The notes beneath the pieces were generated by a model that worked only from the letters and a program-made list of their open reading frames with translations, was not told the DNA's origin and did no database searches. The position numbers were made by a program, and so were the translations under genes. From Octopus vulgaris (taxonomy: Eukaryota): a DNA stretch of 64,000 nt. The stretch is taken from positions 45,198,001 through 45,262,000 of the forward strand of contig OX597814.1 in assembly GCA_951406725.2 (NCBI GenBank), in the 5' to 3' direction. This document shows, piece after piece, positions 24,324 to 39,809 of this stretch. Every line of letters begins with the position of its first letter. Within the stretch, counting starts at the first letter, position 1.

Positions 24324-27300
24324 GCTAATGGTGGTAATACTGTATATTTGGAACCTGCTAGTCGAGCCTACAATTGGAACAAGACACACACATGCGGTGC
24401 AGCTTTTTAGAGTGAATCCTTGGCAAATTTTAAGAAATTTATTGACATTTTATATTTTGTGGAAAAAAAATTCAAATTTCCATGAATCTAATGCCATTCG
24501 GAATTTAAAATTAGATTTTATAAAATAAAATGATAAAAACGTGAAACGTTTACTCAATAAATCAATTAGGTTAACCTACAAACTATAGAATATTTGGAAT
24601 TTTCTTCTAATTTCCGATACAGATCCTAGCGACAAAGCGTAACTTAACTACGAAAACGTCTTTGTAAAATGTTAATCCTGTATTAAGACCTGAAAGTTTG
24701 ACAATGTTAATGCTGTTTACAGTATCTTCAAACAAAATTGCAATTGGCTTTTAATGAAATTAGTCTTATTACATGTTGTAGAAATTTGAAATGCTCTTTT
24801 ATAACAGTTGATTTTGCTTATCCGAATTTGTGTCGCTTATCAGAGATTTTCTGTAATTATCTCAAATCAAATATATATTCCGTTTGTTAAAATAATCTAG
24901 AAGTATCTTTAGTTACACACATACATACATTAGTCATACACATGTATGCACATATACACATGCGCACACACAGAAACACACATATACACATGCGCGCACA
25001 CAGATACACACACTAACACACATACGCACACATGCACTTAAAAATTCTAAAAAAAAAAGATTATTAAAAAACATTAAATAAGTAGCTTCATTTAAAATAT
25101 TATTCTTAAGCAGAGTTATTGTTATTGCACGTGTATAGATATGGAAAAAAATGTTTTATTTTTCACTGAAAGCTAATTTGCATTGCCGAAATTTATTTAA
25201 CTTTTTTTGCGGTAGTATGGTGGTGGTGGTGCTAGTGGTGCTTTTGGTACAGTGGAGGAGAGAGTTCCTACTTAAAATCTTTTTTTTTTTCTTGTTGCTC
25301 ATTTGTAACGCATGACATTTAGATATGTTCTTCTCTCCAACGTTTGCATTGTTGCGACTGTTCTTTTATTGCTATTATTCTAATTGTAGTTGCCTTAGTG
25401 TAGCTCCAAGTCAGTTCTGACAGGGAAGATTTATAACCAAAAAGCGTTCCAGCCATGAAAAACCTAACTTTTTATGTGTCTAGAACTGCATTGTCACATA
25501 ATATCATTCTTTCTTTTACTCCGGTATACTGTGATTTGAGAAAGATTTTGCTGCTATTTCAAGTACTTAAAGTGACCACATAGAGGCTCCTAGTGGCAGT
25601 AAACGTCGTTGTCGTTGCAGTAATGGAGATTCGGGAGATATTTCTCAATAACATAATGCACAGTATGGCTTCTTTTCGAATGGTTCGTAAGAAAAAATTA
25701 TATATATTTCTGGTGTTTGAATCTGTCTTCAGCAATTCTTCAACTTTGTCGTTGCTTTTACCTTTTAGGAGCATAGCTTGATGCTAAAGTCCTTAAAATT
25801 GAATAATTTCGAGTGCCTTGAGGACTGTTGAATCCAAAGATTCGAGTAGGGCTCTTCTCTACATAGGAAATGAAAGAAGAATGTTAGGGATTGAAAAGCA
25901 TATGGAAGAAGCTGACAAGACAGTATCGTACATTGCATATAAGGTCACGGCTTCCTTGACATCTCTGTAGAATATCGACACAATCCACTTTTATAATTCT
26001 GCATATTACAAACCGACCGATTTTCGCTCCTTCGATTGTTCTATTCTTGATTACACACACACTAGATCCTCTTTTCCTTCCCACAATTTTTTCGACTCCA
26101 TCAGCTCTGCATCAAAGATTACAATTTTTACACCAAATTCCAAAAGCTAGAGCACTTCCCTTTTCAAAGTTTTTCACTCATTTAGCCGGAGATACTGATC
26201 TCTTCAATTCTGAACAACCAACCGAACTACTATCCCAAAAGTACATCTGAGAACCAATTTCATTTCAGCAAGACTTGCCATCCGAAAGACGTTTCATTAC
26301 AACAGTTTGTTTTTTTCTCCTCTCTTGTATACCTTGATGCTGCTTTACAATCCTAAATGTTTGCTGGTGTGAGAATGCTTATGTGTGTGCAAGCGTATGG
26401 GTATGCATATGCATGTGTGTGTTTACGTATGTGCATGCATATGCATTGCACCAATTACAAGTCTCCCTTCCTTTTTCTCTAATCTTTCTTTCGTTGCATC
26501 CCATTTTTATATTTCTTTCCAAACCATCTTCTTCCACATCCATTTTTTGTATTGTGTGAGCATAACTGTATGTGTGTGCATAGTTGTTCAATAGCGTCCT
26601 TGAGGTCGTGTGTAGCACCACCGTGTTTTATAACGTTTTTTTTTTTGTTTTATATATATAACGTTTCCTATTTAACTTAAAACTTATACGGTTACACAAA
26701 TAATCAGAGAAACAACGTTTCTTTCCCGTTCATCTAACGATGAAAATAAGGTTTTATATTTTTTAAGGGTTGTTACCTGTAAAAACTATTTATTAAGGTA
26801 ATTTTGAAGTGCTATTTCTTGAGTATTAGTTTCTCTTCCGAAACAGTCCACCGTTTTGTCGTATCTGCTTGTAGTGTACTTGCAATGTTATCCCTAAAAT
26901 TTATTCTCTGTTCTTTGGTAAAGTCATAAATTCTGTTCAGATCTTCAGGCTGTCTGTGCATTCAGCACAGTAACCAAATTCAACATGACCCTATACTTTG
27001 ATGAAGTGAACCATAACAAATGATTTGTCTACATCGAGAATATGTCGACACTTCCGGATGGCCTATCCTCATTGCTTTAACTTCAAACGCCACAGAGTTT
27101 GATTGATGAAGAATCTTGGTACTTGGACTTTGCTAAAGGCCTTTGTGGAACAGTTTACCTTTCCTTCGAATATATTCATCGCAAACAGCTGATTACCGTG
27201 ATATTTTATTCAAGTGGCCGTCTTTCTACTATTTATATAGAAGTAGAGCCAGAAGCAGATATGCTCAAGTAGACGAGAATGAGTAAGAAGATATAACAAA

Positions 27301-27818
27301 CCAAAAGACCTTAATTGAAAAGGGTCACATGATTATCATGCATATGGCCACTATGTGTACGTATACATTTATTTGTAGATGTGCATACTTTCGTGAGTTT
27401 GATGCTATGTGTATATTTATCTGTCAGTGAATACTGAACGGTCTTAAAAGACATTTAGATAGTAATACAGAAGCGTTGTCCAGTAAAGTAGAGTAATTAG
27501 TGAAATGCATTATTGTGTTGAAAGGTAAATATTTGGTGCGATGCATTATCGTGTATCTTCTCGTAATGGTTTCCATGCGGGAAGCCGCAAATGCTTTAGA
27601 GTTTGTAAATAATGTGACATTCATGTCTCTCTGGGAAACATCAGCAATACGAAATGAATTGTCATCATGAGAATCGAACACATATTCTAATTTTGATTCA
27701 AAAGGAATTTGTCACCTACTCTAAAGATGTTTAAAATGAATTTTCTATTGTTTTAGTCTAAGCACATAACTCATTATGTTGTGATATATGAGGTGAGATA
27801 CGGTGGACGATCAGGCCT

Positions 27819-28339
27819 TTACTGAGACGTCAGCACTGAAAATTCAACCAAAGAATCAAGACCCAATCGCGTTTTCACCTGGTCAGTGCTAAGCTCGATC
27901 AAATGGATGGCAGGATCAGTAAGGTAACAAATAGCATTGTAATATTTAGTTATATATCTTTACATTCTGAGTTCAAATTCGATCAAGTTCGATCGATGAA
28001 ATAAGCATCAGTTAAGTTCTAGATGTATTCAATCAACTATACCCATACCCGAAATGTTAGTCCTTGTGATTTTTAGACCCTTACTGAGACGTTTGCACTG
28101 AAAATTCAACCAAAGAATCAAGACCCAATCGCGTTTTCACCTGGTCAGTGCTAAGCTCGATCAAATGGATGGCAGGATCAGTAAGGTAACAAATAGCATT
28201 GTAATATTTAGTTATATATCTTTACATTCTGAGTACAAATTCGATCAAGTTCGATCGATGAAATAAGCATCAGTTAAGTTCTAGATGTATTCAATCAACT
28301 ATACCCATACCCGAAATGTTAGTCCTTGTGATTTTTAGA
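27819..28339. repeat. Near-perfect tandem duplication, 262-bp period x2
   Basis: 27819-28077 versus 28081-28339, with about 3 substitutions. Confidence 0.95.
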
Positions 28340-28619
28340 AATCAATAATGGCATACACTCTTCTAAATTACAGCTGTGACGACCACAACTTTTTCCTATA
28401 CTTTCATATTACTTGTTTTATGCATTCCTTTTGTAAGAATTGGTGATCTTCCTGTCCAGTACAACTTGGCAGTAGAAATATTCCCAGCCTGTTGCTTCTA
28501 TTGCTGCTGCTGCTGCTGTTGTTGTTTCTGATCTTGCTGCTTCAGCTTCTACTACTTGCTGTTTCTATTATTGCTGCTCTGGAGTTTGTGCAATTTTGCA
28601 TAAAAATTATGAGAAGGCC

Positions 28620-28658
<39 letters not shown>

Positions 28659-29154
28659 CAGTGGCGGTGGTGGCGGTGGTGGCGGTGGTGGTGTCGCAGC
28701 GGTGGCGGCTGCCGCGATGGTGGCGACGGTCGCGATGATGGCATCGGCGGCGGCGGCGGTGGCGGCGGCGGCGGTGACGGCGGCGGTGGCGGCGGTGACG
28801 GCGGCAGTGACGGCCGTGGTGACGGCCGTGGTGACGGCCGTGGTGACGGCCGTGGTGACGGCCGTGGTGACGGCGGTGGTGACAGCGGCGGTGATGGCGG
28901 CGGTGACGGCGGCGGTGACGGCGGCGGTGACGGCGGCGGCGGCGGCGGCGGTGACGGCGGCGGTGACGGCGGCGGTGACGGCGGCGGTGATGATGGTGGT
29001 GGTGGTGGTGGTGGTTGTGGTGGTGGTAGTGGTGGTAGTGGAGGTGGTAGTAATAGTAGTGGTAGTAGTAGTAGTAGTAGTTGTAGAAGTTGTGAAGGTG
29101 GTAGTAGCGACAGTAGTAGTAATGGTGATGGTGGTGGTGGTAGTAATTGTAGTG

Positions 29155-29199
<45 letters not shown>

Positions 29200-29215
29200 A
29201 CAACAGCAACAGCAG
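28620..29215. repeat. Compound trinucleotide / 12-mer GC-rich array (AGT, GGT, GGC, GTGACGGCCGTG)
   Basis: Direct inspection; the long ORFs on both strands reflect triplet periodicity. Confidence 0.9.
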
Positions 29216-29718
29216 CTCGAGTGGAGTAGGTGATCGCTGATTGCATAGTAGTAATATAGCTATAGTTGATTTGTTGTTATTGTTTTTGTACTGATTGTGA
29301 CATAGACTATGTTTGTTGTTTGATGTAGCTGTTTGATGTAGCCCTCGGGGTTATAGCTGAAGGAGCAGACATATAATCAAAGGCACTATTCTGGGGTTTC
29401 TTGGGGTGTTTTTTTTACCTATTTACAAGGAAGGTAGCACCATATTATTCAGGCCCTAAGACACAACAGTGTGTGTGAGTTGAAGAATATTTGGCTGTTA
29501 TTTCTAGCAAGTAGATCAACCACATAGAGACAGCAGTAGTGGTGATTTGTGAAAATGTTGATAGCAACAGTAGTTGTGATTGTAGTAGATGAGATTCTAA
29601 CGATATTGATGATAGTGGTTAGCAGTGGATTAGTGATTCACGTAGATATGTTGTGTCAGAAATTGGCAAAAAGAGGAAGCAATTTATTAGGCATGCGGAT
29701 CGATTGACAGGTAAGTTG

Positions 29719-29833
<115 letters not shown>

Positions 29834-29957
29834 GGACGGATAGATAGATAGATAGATAGATACATACATACATACATACATACATACATACATACATAAC
29901 ACAATTAAGTATGGAGATATAAGATGGTGTGTTTTTGTGTGTTTCTCTGTGTGTGTG

Positions 29958-30020
<63 letters not shown>

Positions 30021-30096
30021 CAGAAGCAACAGTGTCCCTCAAGGGCCGAGAGTTTCATCCGTTAGCATTTATAGTTATGGTGTTTGCATCACCATA

Positions 30097-30139
<43 letters not shown>

Positions 30140-30207
30140 GTACATACGGGTATGTATAAACATATATCTATATACCTGTATGAATACATATACATATGTA
30201 CTTACAC

Positions 30208-30299
<92 letters not shown>

Positions 30300-31019
30300 A
30301 TGTATGTATGTATGTATGTATGTATGTATGTATGTATGTATGTATGATAAAAGCATACATATAGCATAAAGATACATTATAACGCTAATATTAGCTTTGT
30401 GTCTGCCAAATGTGTCCAGAGTAATAGCAGAGTAGTAGTTAGAATGGGTCTGTTGTGTCAACGTTTTAAAATCAATATAACGTTGAGAAGCGTTAATACA
30501 TTTGCTACAGGCTAGCCTGCCATCTATTTTGTGGCAAGTAAGCTATCTGACTAACGCGGAAGCAAATTGTGTACATAAATATCTGTGTGTGTGTATGTGT
30601 GTGCATAATGCTGAGACTCATATATGTTTGTATGTAATTGCATGCGTATGATCTAAACATTGGGCAGGGTTTACATGTATAAGTTAAGAAAGATTACTGA
30701 TGCATATGCATCTACTGTTGTATACGCATAAATATAAAGAAACACGTACACACAGGTGTATAAAGCTATGCCTCTATAGATAGAAATGTGTTGTGTGTGT
30801 GTACCTGTGTGTGTATACTTATATGTGCGTTTCTATCTTTTTTAAGTTTGTCGTAATTTTACGTATGCTCTCCCTTTATGTACACATTCATGTGTATATA
30901 GCCGTATATGCATACCTGTATATATCACATGTAGCTTGCTAAATAGATAGATATGTGGATAGATAGATAAGCTTCCTTGGAAATTGATGTGTAGCGTTCA
31001 ATCAAATAACAATATGAAT

Positions 31020-31154
<135 letters not shown>

Positions 31155-31208
31155 ACTTACTTGGAAATGGATGTGTAGTGTTCAATCAAATAATAGAATA
31201 AATAAATA

Positions 31209-31279
<71 letters not shown>

Positions 31280-31308
31280 CATGCATACATACATATATAT
31301 ATATATGC

Positions 31309-31397
<89 letters not shown>

Positions 31398-31419
31398 CAC
31401 ATACATACACACATAAATA

Positions 31420-32150
31420 GCTGAAATTTACAGAAAAACAAAAGACGAAGACAGGTGTATAAACAACAAAGAGGTGTATTAGTTTAACGCTCGGGAAGGT
31501 GAGAAAGTATTTTACGTTTCCAGCCTACGCTCTCCAACAGAAAGGATAGCGAGGAAATAAACAGAGAGAATAAAAACTTTTGAAGCAAGCGGTCGATCAT
31601 GGCGGCTAGCAGAACATAGGTAGTTATACTGGAAAGCTAGGAAGAAGGGGAGATAATAAAGTATTGGTGATCCCAAAACAAAGGGGCATGTGTATGTGAG
31701 AGCGTGTGTGTGCGTGGGGATAGGAGCTGGTGACTTTGATGTGGATGTGTGCGTGTGTAATGTGTGTGCGTATGTAATGTGTTTGTAATGTATGGGTGTG
31801 TGGATGATGGTGTGGGTGCTGGGAGCTGGGAAGAGGTCAGATGTTGTAATGAATGACAGGTAGAGCGGAAATGTTCCGAGACTGGGGTGTCGTAGCCGAG
31901 TCTAATGTCTCGGAGGTGCTTCGCAAACCGGTCAGCCCAAGTGGCTTCCCGTTTGACCGATGTACAGAGAACAGAAAGAGCAGGAGATGCAGTAAATGAT
32001 GTTGCTAGAATTGCATGTAAAGGAGTCAGTGATATAATAGGGACGATGATGGGTGCCTGTGAGGTTGGTGGTGTTGGAGGGGTAGGGGCAAGCGCGGCAG
32101 CGTGAGCGGGAGCAGGGAAACGAGCCAGGCTGGGAGGTGGGGTTAGGAAG
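31420..32150 (-). mobile_element. Neptune-type PLE 3' fragment (Cys linker + GIY-YIG + pLTR)
   Basis: Minus strand reads FPCSRSRCRACPY...FTCNSSNIIYCISCSFCSLYIGQT(fs)DRFAKHLRDI...PVSEHF. A degenerate hammerhead TGGAGAGC-GTAG-GCTG-GAAACGTA lies at 31513-31540. Confidence 0.85.
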
Positions 32151-32199
32151 TGTGTGTGTGTGTGAGAGAGAGAGAGAGGGAGAAAGAGAGAGAGAGAGA

Positions 32200-32346
32200 A
32201 AGGAACCTGCTCCAGTACTCGAGTGGCACTCATTTTCACCTGTGTTGACCAGACTAAATTAAAATGAAGTGCCTTGCACAAACGCAAAAGGTATTGAACC
32301 CGTAACATTATGATCTTGACACCGAACGCTCTGACCCATGCGCCTG
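32200..32346 (-). mobile_element. Decayed tRNA-SINE head
   Basis: Reverse complement reads GGCGCATGGGTCAGAGCG...GGGTTCAATACC...GCAAGGCACTT. Confidence 0.6.
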
Positions 32347-32436
32347 CAACCACACAGACACAAGCCTGCACATTTATAACTATGTATATATCTGTATATT
32401 AATACATCTACAAACAGGACACATATTTCTACAAAC

Positions 32437-32474
<38 letters not shown>

Positions 32475-33409
32475 GCATATGCATCTAATATACATAAGCA
32501 CGCATAAAGTATATGTGTTTGTGTGTTTGTGTATGTCTACTTACGTTTAATGCCTTTACAAACATAAATATACACATAAGAATAATTATATATGAAATAA
32601 ATGCCAGCTATCGCACGCAAATGCAAGTTTGAACTTCTAGTCAGTATATGTGTGTATGTGTTTGAGAGACAGAGGGAGATAGAGTGGGTAGGTTCTGTTC
32701 TCCAAATGGAACAACCAATTTCGCTTCTTAGAGTAAATTGCTAACCTGTGCTGACGAGTCCTCACATTTTCCTATTTGAATTATGTGTATCATCAAAGAA
32801 CCTTTATTTTTATTACTCTCTTTCGTTCAGTAAACCTATACACGAAACATTGCTAAACATTGCTCAATTAAAAGAGATGGGTTTGGTTCTATTCACTTAA
32901 AGAACGGAACAGAAGAGCAGAAGGGCTTGACATGTGACTGAAGAGTGCTGTGGAAACAATAAACTTGAATGCAATGATTCATCAATAGAATATGGTTTAA
33001 GAAATATTGCCCTGAGTATATTCAGATAGAAAGATATAAATTGATTGCAAGAGACTCATTTTCTCTACAAATAATACTTATATGTACGGACGATAAGGAA
33101 TTATGTGTACATAGTCGCAGCTAAAGTTCTAAATATTCCATGTGGGAGAATTGTTATCTCTGATAATGTAGAAAGAAAAACTGTTTAGGAAAAGCAATCA
33201 CCGAACACACAGGCACGCACACACATGCAGATATAGACACATAAACATACAAACATTCATGCATACATACATACATACATACGTGTGTGTGTATGTGTGT
33301 GTGTATGTGTGTGTGTCTGTCTGTGTACGTGTTATATGTGTGTGTATGTGTGTACCTGTATGTGTGTATGTGTGTACCTGTACACATAGAGGCATAAGCA
33401 TACAAAACT

Positions 33410-33472
<63 letters not shown>

Positions 33473-33473
<1 letters not shown>

Positions 33474-33676
33474 AGGCAGAATCGTTAACAAGCTGGCAGA
33501 ATCGTTAACAAGCCAGGCAAAATACTTAACGTCCTGAGTTCAAATTCTGCCAAGATCGACTTTGCCTTTCAACCTTTCGGAGCCGATAAATTAAGCATCA
33601 GTGAAACACTGGGGTCAATGTGATCGACTTATCCCCTTCCCCAAAATGGATGCCCTTGTGGCAAAATTCGAAACCA
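33473..33676 (+). mobile_element. Nin-domain SINE between (ATT)n arrays
   Basis: GCTGGCAGAATCGTT...GAGTTCAAATTC...GACTTTGCCTTTCAACCTTTCGGAGCCGATAAA; same family as 24169-24323. Confidence 0.75.
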
Positions 33677-33727
33677 CTACTATTATTATTGTTGTTGTTG
33701 TTGTAGTTATCATCATCATCATCATCA

Positions 33728-33790
<63 letters not shown>

Positions 33791-33890
33791 TATGTTTGAC
33801 TTTTGCTTTATATTTGTACAAGTTGGCTCCAAGTCTCACCCAGAGACCTCAAGAGACAACAGGGTTGGAAGTTCATGTTGTTGTTATGCC

Positions 33891-33959
<69 letters not shown>

Positions 33960-33976
33960 CATTATTATCATTATTA

Positions 33977-34041
<65 letters not shown>

Positions 34042-37000
34042 GTCTCTGCATAGCTTCTAACGCTTGAGATGCACTACGGTGTCAGATGTTCACTACCAGT
34101 GAACTAAGGTAACACCTCTTATTTTTCGAGCACCTTCCGGAGTATTCGAGCGGTTCCAAGCATTGTTGTTTTCTGCAAGTGCTCCACCCTTATTGCAACC
34201 CCTATTTGTTGCATATACTTCTCAAGATTTTTACTCATTGTTTCCAGGGCTCCGACAATCATTGGTACTACTACCACATTTTTCATCGACAACACCTGCT
34301 TAACCCCCTGAGCTAACCTGTCATATCTATCGACTTTTCTTTCTTCCTTTTCGCACACCTTGTTGTCAGCTGGGTATGCTATATCTATGATCCAGCATAG
34401 TTTGCTTTCTTTCTCAATTGAGACTACGCCTGGCTTCCTATTCTCTATCTCGTGGTGGCACTGAATCATAAAATCCCACAGGATCTTTGCATTATCATTT
34501 GCGATGATGCCTTCAGGTTTGTGGTCGTAACAATTTTTTTTCTCTGTCAAGTCCATACTTGTTGCAAAGTGTCCAATGGACAATGGCTTCTCTTATATTC
34601 CTTCTGGGCTAGAGCGTACATTGGCAGGTAATATGCCACATGGTTTCACCATTTTGTCCACAAATTCTGCACTTATCACTTTCTGATGTGCTGTTTATTC
34701 TGTATTTTATGTAGTTTGTTCTTAGTGCCTGTTCTTGGGCAGCACAGATTAGAGCCTCCGTTTCCGGTTTTAAATCAGTTTTAGTTATCCACAGCCATTT
34801 TTCTGTCTGTCTTATCTTCAACATCCCTATGAAACTGTCCATGCATTCTTTTCTTTACCCACCTGTTTTCAGTTTCATTCGTTTTCAGTTGCTTGTACAG
34901 TGCTTTATCTTTGCAATCGTTCATCCTACACGAGCCTGACCTAATAACGGTTTTCTGGCTTTTTTACATACCATGCTATGTTGCATTATTCTGCTCTAAT
35001 GCTGTGTTCGCATCCAATAAGTCCTCTTCCCCTTTTTTTCTTGGTACATACAGTCTGTCTTTGTCACTTTTGGGGTGGAGTGCCCCGTATCTAGTTAGCA
35101 ACTTCCTTGTTTTTCTGTCTAAACTGTCTACTGTCCATACGATTACTCCTGATCCATATCTATCCCCTCGGTTTAATTTCGACTTAAATATGAGTCTCAG
35201 TTTGCGCAAGTACTCCACCTTAAATTTTTCTGTCATTTCTTTCTCCATCAATTTATCTATTTCCAAAATCCCAAAGTACTTATAGCCCGTCTCTTCTATC
35301 TGCTTCATAATCTCCCCCGACGGTATGGTTAGCCCGTCCATACATTTGATTTTGCTTTTCTGCAAGACTAACACACCACACTTTCTCAGTCTGAACTCCA
35401 TTCTGATATCAGCACTGAGAGTATACACAGTATCAACGAGGGATCTGACTTGGGCTTCATCTTTACCATAAAGTTTGAGGTCATCAATGAATAACAAATA
35501 GTTGACTTTATGTTGGCTGCTTTTGAATACATACCCAGCCTTTGCTTTCCTCAGAATCAGTGTTAGTGCTATCAAGTACAGTACAAAGATCAGTGGGGAC
35601 AGGCAGTCTCTTTGGAAGATGCCCCTCCTAATTTTTACTGTCCCTAAACTTCTTCCGTATGCTGTCATGTCCGTCCTCCATTTCGCCATACTTTTTCCAA
35701 GCAATCGCTCAACATTCGATTAGCTATCAAATAGGTTCATACATTTCATAATCCAAGAATGTGGGATCATATCGTACACCTTACGACAGTCGATCCATGA
35801 CATGGCTAAGTTACTTTTCCTCCTCTTGCAGTCTCTGAGTAGAGTTTTGTATATCAGGAGTTGATCCTTAGTGCCTCTGCACTTACGTTTGCAACCCTTC
35901 TACTCATATGGCAGGACTCCATTTTTTTCCAGATGTTTGTACATTGACTCTGCGAGTATTCTAGTTAATAATTTCCTGGCAAACAGGATATCGGCCGCCT
36001 GTAATTGTCTACCTTATTGCCTTTTTCGATGTTTTTCAAGCACAGTACTGTCCTACCCAATGTCCTACACAATTTAAGAAGGTGTTGAGTTGCGCACCTA
36101 TTTGTGCATGACATTCACCAAATCTTTTGATCCAGTAGCCTTGAACTCCATCTGGTTCCGGGGTCTTCCAGTAGCTCATTTTTTGCTAGTTTCATTCACT
36201 TCCCTAACTGAAATGACTAGTTCTGCCTGTTTTGGACAGACTACTGTTTGTTTCAGTTCTTGAAACCATTCAGCATCCTTCTTGTGCTCCTTGTCTTTGA
36301 TCCAGATGTCGCCCCAAAATATTTTACTATCATTGTTATCTGATATCAACTTTTCATCTGTGCACTCTACATTTATTTCTTTATAGAATCTCTTCTGATC
36401 TACTCTGAATAACCTATTCTGGTGATAACCCTTCATTTTGGTCGTATCTTACCATCTTTGTTTTCTTTGCAACGAGGCACTGTTTCAGTTCCTCCATTAC
36501 CACTTTCAGGCTCTTTCTTTCAATATTATACTTCCTTTTCAGCGCCCTGTATTTTTGTTCGCTTTTAGGCTCCCCTTTCTCTTTTCGGTCTAACACAGAA
36601 ATGTTCTTCGAGAGCATGTCTAACCCTGCCTGTATTCTTCTTTTGTTACTCCCATTATATTTCATTTTCTTGACATCAACACCAACGTTTTCTGCTACAA
36701 CAATACTTGCTGCATTGATCAAATTATTTGTTTTCGTGATGTTGTTTGTTCTGATGTATTTCAGAATTTCATTGACATTTTTCGCTTCTTGGTTCAATTT
36801 CCACCGATCAACCTTTTTTAATGTTGCAAATAATGTTACTGTCGTTTTCCTTTAGTCTTGCCTTTATTCTGCCGTAGATTGCCATTTGTTCATTTGTCAT
36901 GTCGCCATTAGTTTTATTGACTTCTTTCAGATCATCTATATGTCTCTCATCAAGTAAGCTACTACTGCCCCTTTCCTGTGCTATAAGATTACTCGAAATG

Positions 37001-37720
37001 TATTTTCATCGTTATGTCTGCCGCTATTTTCCAAGACCCGTCTTTTGATAGCTTCGAGCTCTACTTCTGTGAACCAACATTTTTTTATTCCTCTAGCTTG
37101 ATCACATAGACTCTGTTCCGTGAGTTCAACCAATCCCTTTTCCCTCCAATGATCATACATACGTTGTCGCTAACCCCTTATTTGAGCACTATTTTCATCT
37201 ACCGGTTTGATTAGGTAGTAACACTCCATGACCACAGCATTAATTTGCTTGTTTCATGTACGCCATGTGTATTGGTCCCTTTCTGGATATCGACAGGTTG
37301 GAGCCGGACCAGAATCTCTGAGCCTGTCGGGTGCAACACTGTCACCACCAATGGTTTCACGTTCATTTCCACCGTTATTCACAATACTTTGTGTTTTTTT
37401 TCATTGTCTCTCATATAAGGAAGTGATTATCAGGTTGCGCAAATACCAGTGTTTTTATTGTGACACCATCACAAGATGTATCATTAATCAGGTCATGGCG
37501 AGACTCCACACGTTTCCTTTCAATATAATTATTATTATCATCACTGATATCACTGATATTATTGTTTTTATTTTTTACTATTTGTCATAGTTATATTAGC
37601 AAACTCAGAGGTTACACAGGCCTATGCAGGGCAGGGGTGGCACCAATTCCCAGTGCTGTTCACATGGACAGCCACATAGAAAATTACACTATTTGATCTG
37701 GCCTTCCTCAGCGATGTTGT
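34042..37720 (-). mobile_element. Near full-length R4/Dong-like RLE non-LTR retrotransposon, decayed
   Basis: N-terminal MECYY..RM..W..EQ.L.DQAR motif; RT GIFQRDCLSP and LFIDDLKLY; CRICG..ET..H..C knuckle; RLE ...WIIDIA..ERKVDRY; GTARILRKVL. The 3' end abuts (TAA)n; the 5' limit is approximate. Confidence 0.88.
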
Positions 37721-38373
37721 ACTTTAAAAGAAGTGTAACTACTCTTTCTGCCATGCAAAACCACTTTCGGATGAGTCTATTGCTCACTTGTAATCTTCTT
37801 CGGTGGACAGGATTTTCTTCAGTCTTCTATCTCCGTTGTCAATTACTGCTTTTATTGTTGTATCTATGTGAAGTAGCAGCAGTGGTGACAGCAACAGCAA
37901 CAGTAGTAGGGGTGGGGGTAGTAGTATTAGTGGTAGTTGGGTCTCAGATTCCTTGCTATCAGAATAGTAGTGGTTGTAGTATTAGTAGCTGCAGCATATT
38001 CTTATTATCATTTTTATCATTATCACCATCACCACCACTACTATTGTTATTATCATTATTACTATTTCCATTTATTATTAAAAGATCTTATTCAATGTTC
38101 TTTATTTTCAACTTTTGTCTTGTACTTGAGATAATCAGAAATATGTGATTCTTGAAGGAAATAGTTGGGGGAAGAGTAGTAGCTTGGTGAATAGATCAGC
38201 AACAGAAGACAAAAGAATCTTCATACCATTTGGGTCAGCAGAGGTGAAATGTGTTTAATACTACCAGCGACTACTGAGAACGCTGAAGTTGGCTTTGTAA
38301 AGAAACAATTCACCCTATTGTATTTGTAATTACTGGTAGAAAAAACAATGATAATAATAATTATTATAATAAT

Positions 38374-39192
<819 letters not shown>

Positions 39193-39723
39193 TTAAAAAG
39201 ATTGACGTGATAAAAATTCAGAATTATAGAAATTTAAACGTAAAGTATGAACATGAGCAACCAGCGTCCATACGTTGATGGAATGACATCATCAGCTTTT
39301 AAGTTAAACTTTTATAACAGGCGAAAAGAAAAATATAGAAAAGACAAAAAAAGAAACCGACAGAAATATAAAGAGGAAAGAGAAAAGAGAGAAAGAAGAA
39401 TATTTAATCAAACAGTTTTGTGTAAATTTGTTGATATTCTCCTGTCATCTTATTCATTCCTCCAGGGCGTGATGTTAATAACCCGCAAACATATTTCTCC
39501 TCATACATTCTGAGAAGTGAAAGTGAAGCAGATTCAGAATATTTTTTGAGAATATGCACTTTCAAGTCTTCTTCAAAATTGCTTCCGCTTGAAACTAAAT
39601 GCTCAGTATCACTTCTTATTTTAAACTTGACAAAGACGGACTTACTGTTGAAATATCGTTCAACCAATAAAATATCTTACAATCGAATCGCGCACTTCGT
39701 CTTGACTATTATTATTATTATTA

Positions 39724-39807
<84 letters not shown>

Positions 39808-39809
<2 letters not shown>

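Noticed and set aside
25600-26340. Non-repetitive-looking block with short ORFs, possible host exon
   Set aside because: No long frame or recognisable motif; most likely ancient decayed TE.
28492-29246. Extensin- or mucin-like ORFs on both strands
   Set aside because: Pure triplet-repeat artefact; no supported start or splice structure.
32745-32970. CTGACGA and CTGAAGA..GAAAC motifs as hammerheads
   Set aside because: No helix II or helix I pairing.
37590-37725. 5' self-cleaving (HDV-like) ribozyme of the R4-like element
   Set aside because: A nested double pseudoknot could not be built by eye; it needs an RNAmotif/Infernal search.
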